A DNA stretch of 64,000 nucleotides from Gemmatimonadota bacterium. GTDB taxonomy: Bacteria; JAAXHH01. Under the pieces are notes generated by a model. That model was not told where the DNA came from. It saw only the letters and a list, made by a program, of their open reading frames with translations, and did not search any database. Made by a program: the position numbers and the translations under genes. Below, one piece after another: positions 63,469 to 64,000 of the stretch. Every line of letters begins with the position of its first letter. Within the stretch, counting starts at the first letter, position 1. Where the stretch lies: contig VXRC01000045.1 in assembly GCA_009838645.1 (NCBI GenBank), positions 1,594 through 65,593 on the forward strand, given 5' to 3'.

Positions 63469-64000
63469 ATGGCCGAATCCAAACGTCCCAATCTCCTCTT
63501 CATCATGGACGACCAGCACCGCCACGACTACCTGTCGGCCGCGGGCGCGTCGTTCCTGAACACGCCGAACCTGGACCGCCTGGCAAGCCGCGGGATCCGT
63601 TTCACGCAATGCATCACCAACGCCCCGGTCTGCGCCCCCGCGCGCATCGGCCTGGCCAGCGGATACCAGCCCGCGCGGCTGGGGTGCCTCGACAACAACT
63701 GCTACCTGCCCCGGCATATCACGCCCTATTACGCCCGGTTGCGGGACGCGGGGTACCGGGTCGGTTGCGTGGGCAAACTCGACCTGGCCAAGCCGGACCC
63801 CTACAACGGCCGCCGCGGCGACCGGCCCCGGGTCTTCGGCTGGGGCTTCACCCATCCCGTGGAGTGCGAGGGCAAGATGCACGCGGGCATGGCGGACGAA
63901 CCGCGCGGGCCTTACGGCTTCTGGTTAAAGGAACAGGGGTTGTTCGAAGCCTTCCGGGCGGATTACGCAGCCCGCCAGGCGCGGGGATGGATCGAGGACG
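63469..64000 (+). CDS. Sulfatase (formylglycine-dependent), N-terminal part; continues beyond window
   Basis: PNLLFIMDDQHRHDYL and the CxPxR signature in PVCAPAR. Confidence 0.75.
   Translation, partial: MAESKRPNLLFIMDDQHRHDYLSAAGASFLNTPNLDRLASRGIRFTQCITNAPVCAPARIGLASGYQPARLGCLDNNCYLPRHITPYYARLRDAGYRVGCVGKLDLAKPDPYNGRRGDRPRVFGWGFTHPVECEGKMHAGMADEPRGPYGFWLKEQGLFEAFRADYAARQARGWIED

Noticed and set aside
61623-63506. 627-aa minus ORF
   Set aside because: Antisense of the 14-TM membrane protein. Extreme Arg/Gly/Asp/Glu composition.

Overview
This is a high-GC (about two-thirds G+C by eye) bacterial chromosomal segment, densely packed with metabolic and transport genes on both strands. No rRNA, CRISPR array, integrase or transposase was found. 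Core content: two HpcH/HpaI aldolases and an Ldh_2-family dehydrogenase; a Tat-secreted PhoX/DUF839-like protein; a Gfo/Idh/MocA oxidoreductase; an initiator tRNA-Met followed by a clean intrinsic terminator; a TPP-dependent enzyme; two translationally coupled SDRs; ThyX followed by RNase HIII; a GH51 arabinofuranosidase next to a sugar ABC importer with two tandem substrate-binding paralogs; a B12/radical-SAM enzyme; two tandem cyclophilins; an MFS transporter; rho with a long leader; orphan DppBC-like and ModBC-like ABC components; a BNR/sialidase-like protein; a sulfite-oxidase-family Mo enzyme; an amidohydrolase; a UxuA-like dehydratase; an MR/MLE enolase; several cupins; a sulfatase; and at least seven phytanoyl-CoA dioxygenase (PhyH) family paralogs. 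Two short stretches of much lower GC interrupt this backbone and look horizontally acquired. Islet 1 (about 46.9-51.5 kb) carries an HTH-XRE/ImmA-IrrE metallopeptidase fusion, a PIN-like protein, a patatin phospholipase, and a CD-NTase/SMODS-like nucleotidyltransferase with a long C-terminal extension ending in a SEC-C zinc motif. This is a compact CBASS-like candidate anti-phage module with unusual accessory genes. Islet 2 (about 58.7-60.5 kb) carries an AAA_21-type ATPase plus a small PIN/TOPRIM-like partner. Other notable points: a 1558-aa protein that fuses a PA + M28-like, probably non-catalytic, ectodomain to tandem FtsX/MacB-type permease repeats; a Phd/YefM-VapC toxin-antitoxin pair; an orphan HigA-like antitoxin; and a recurring habit of in-frame 15-30 bp tandem duplications at gene termini, including duplicated stop-codon-bearing 3' ends. 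All calls were made by eye from the sequence and the ORF track, with no database searches. Family assignments rest on remembered motifs and should be confirmed with HMM searches.
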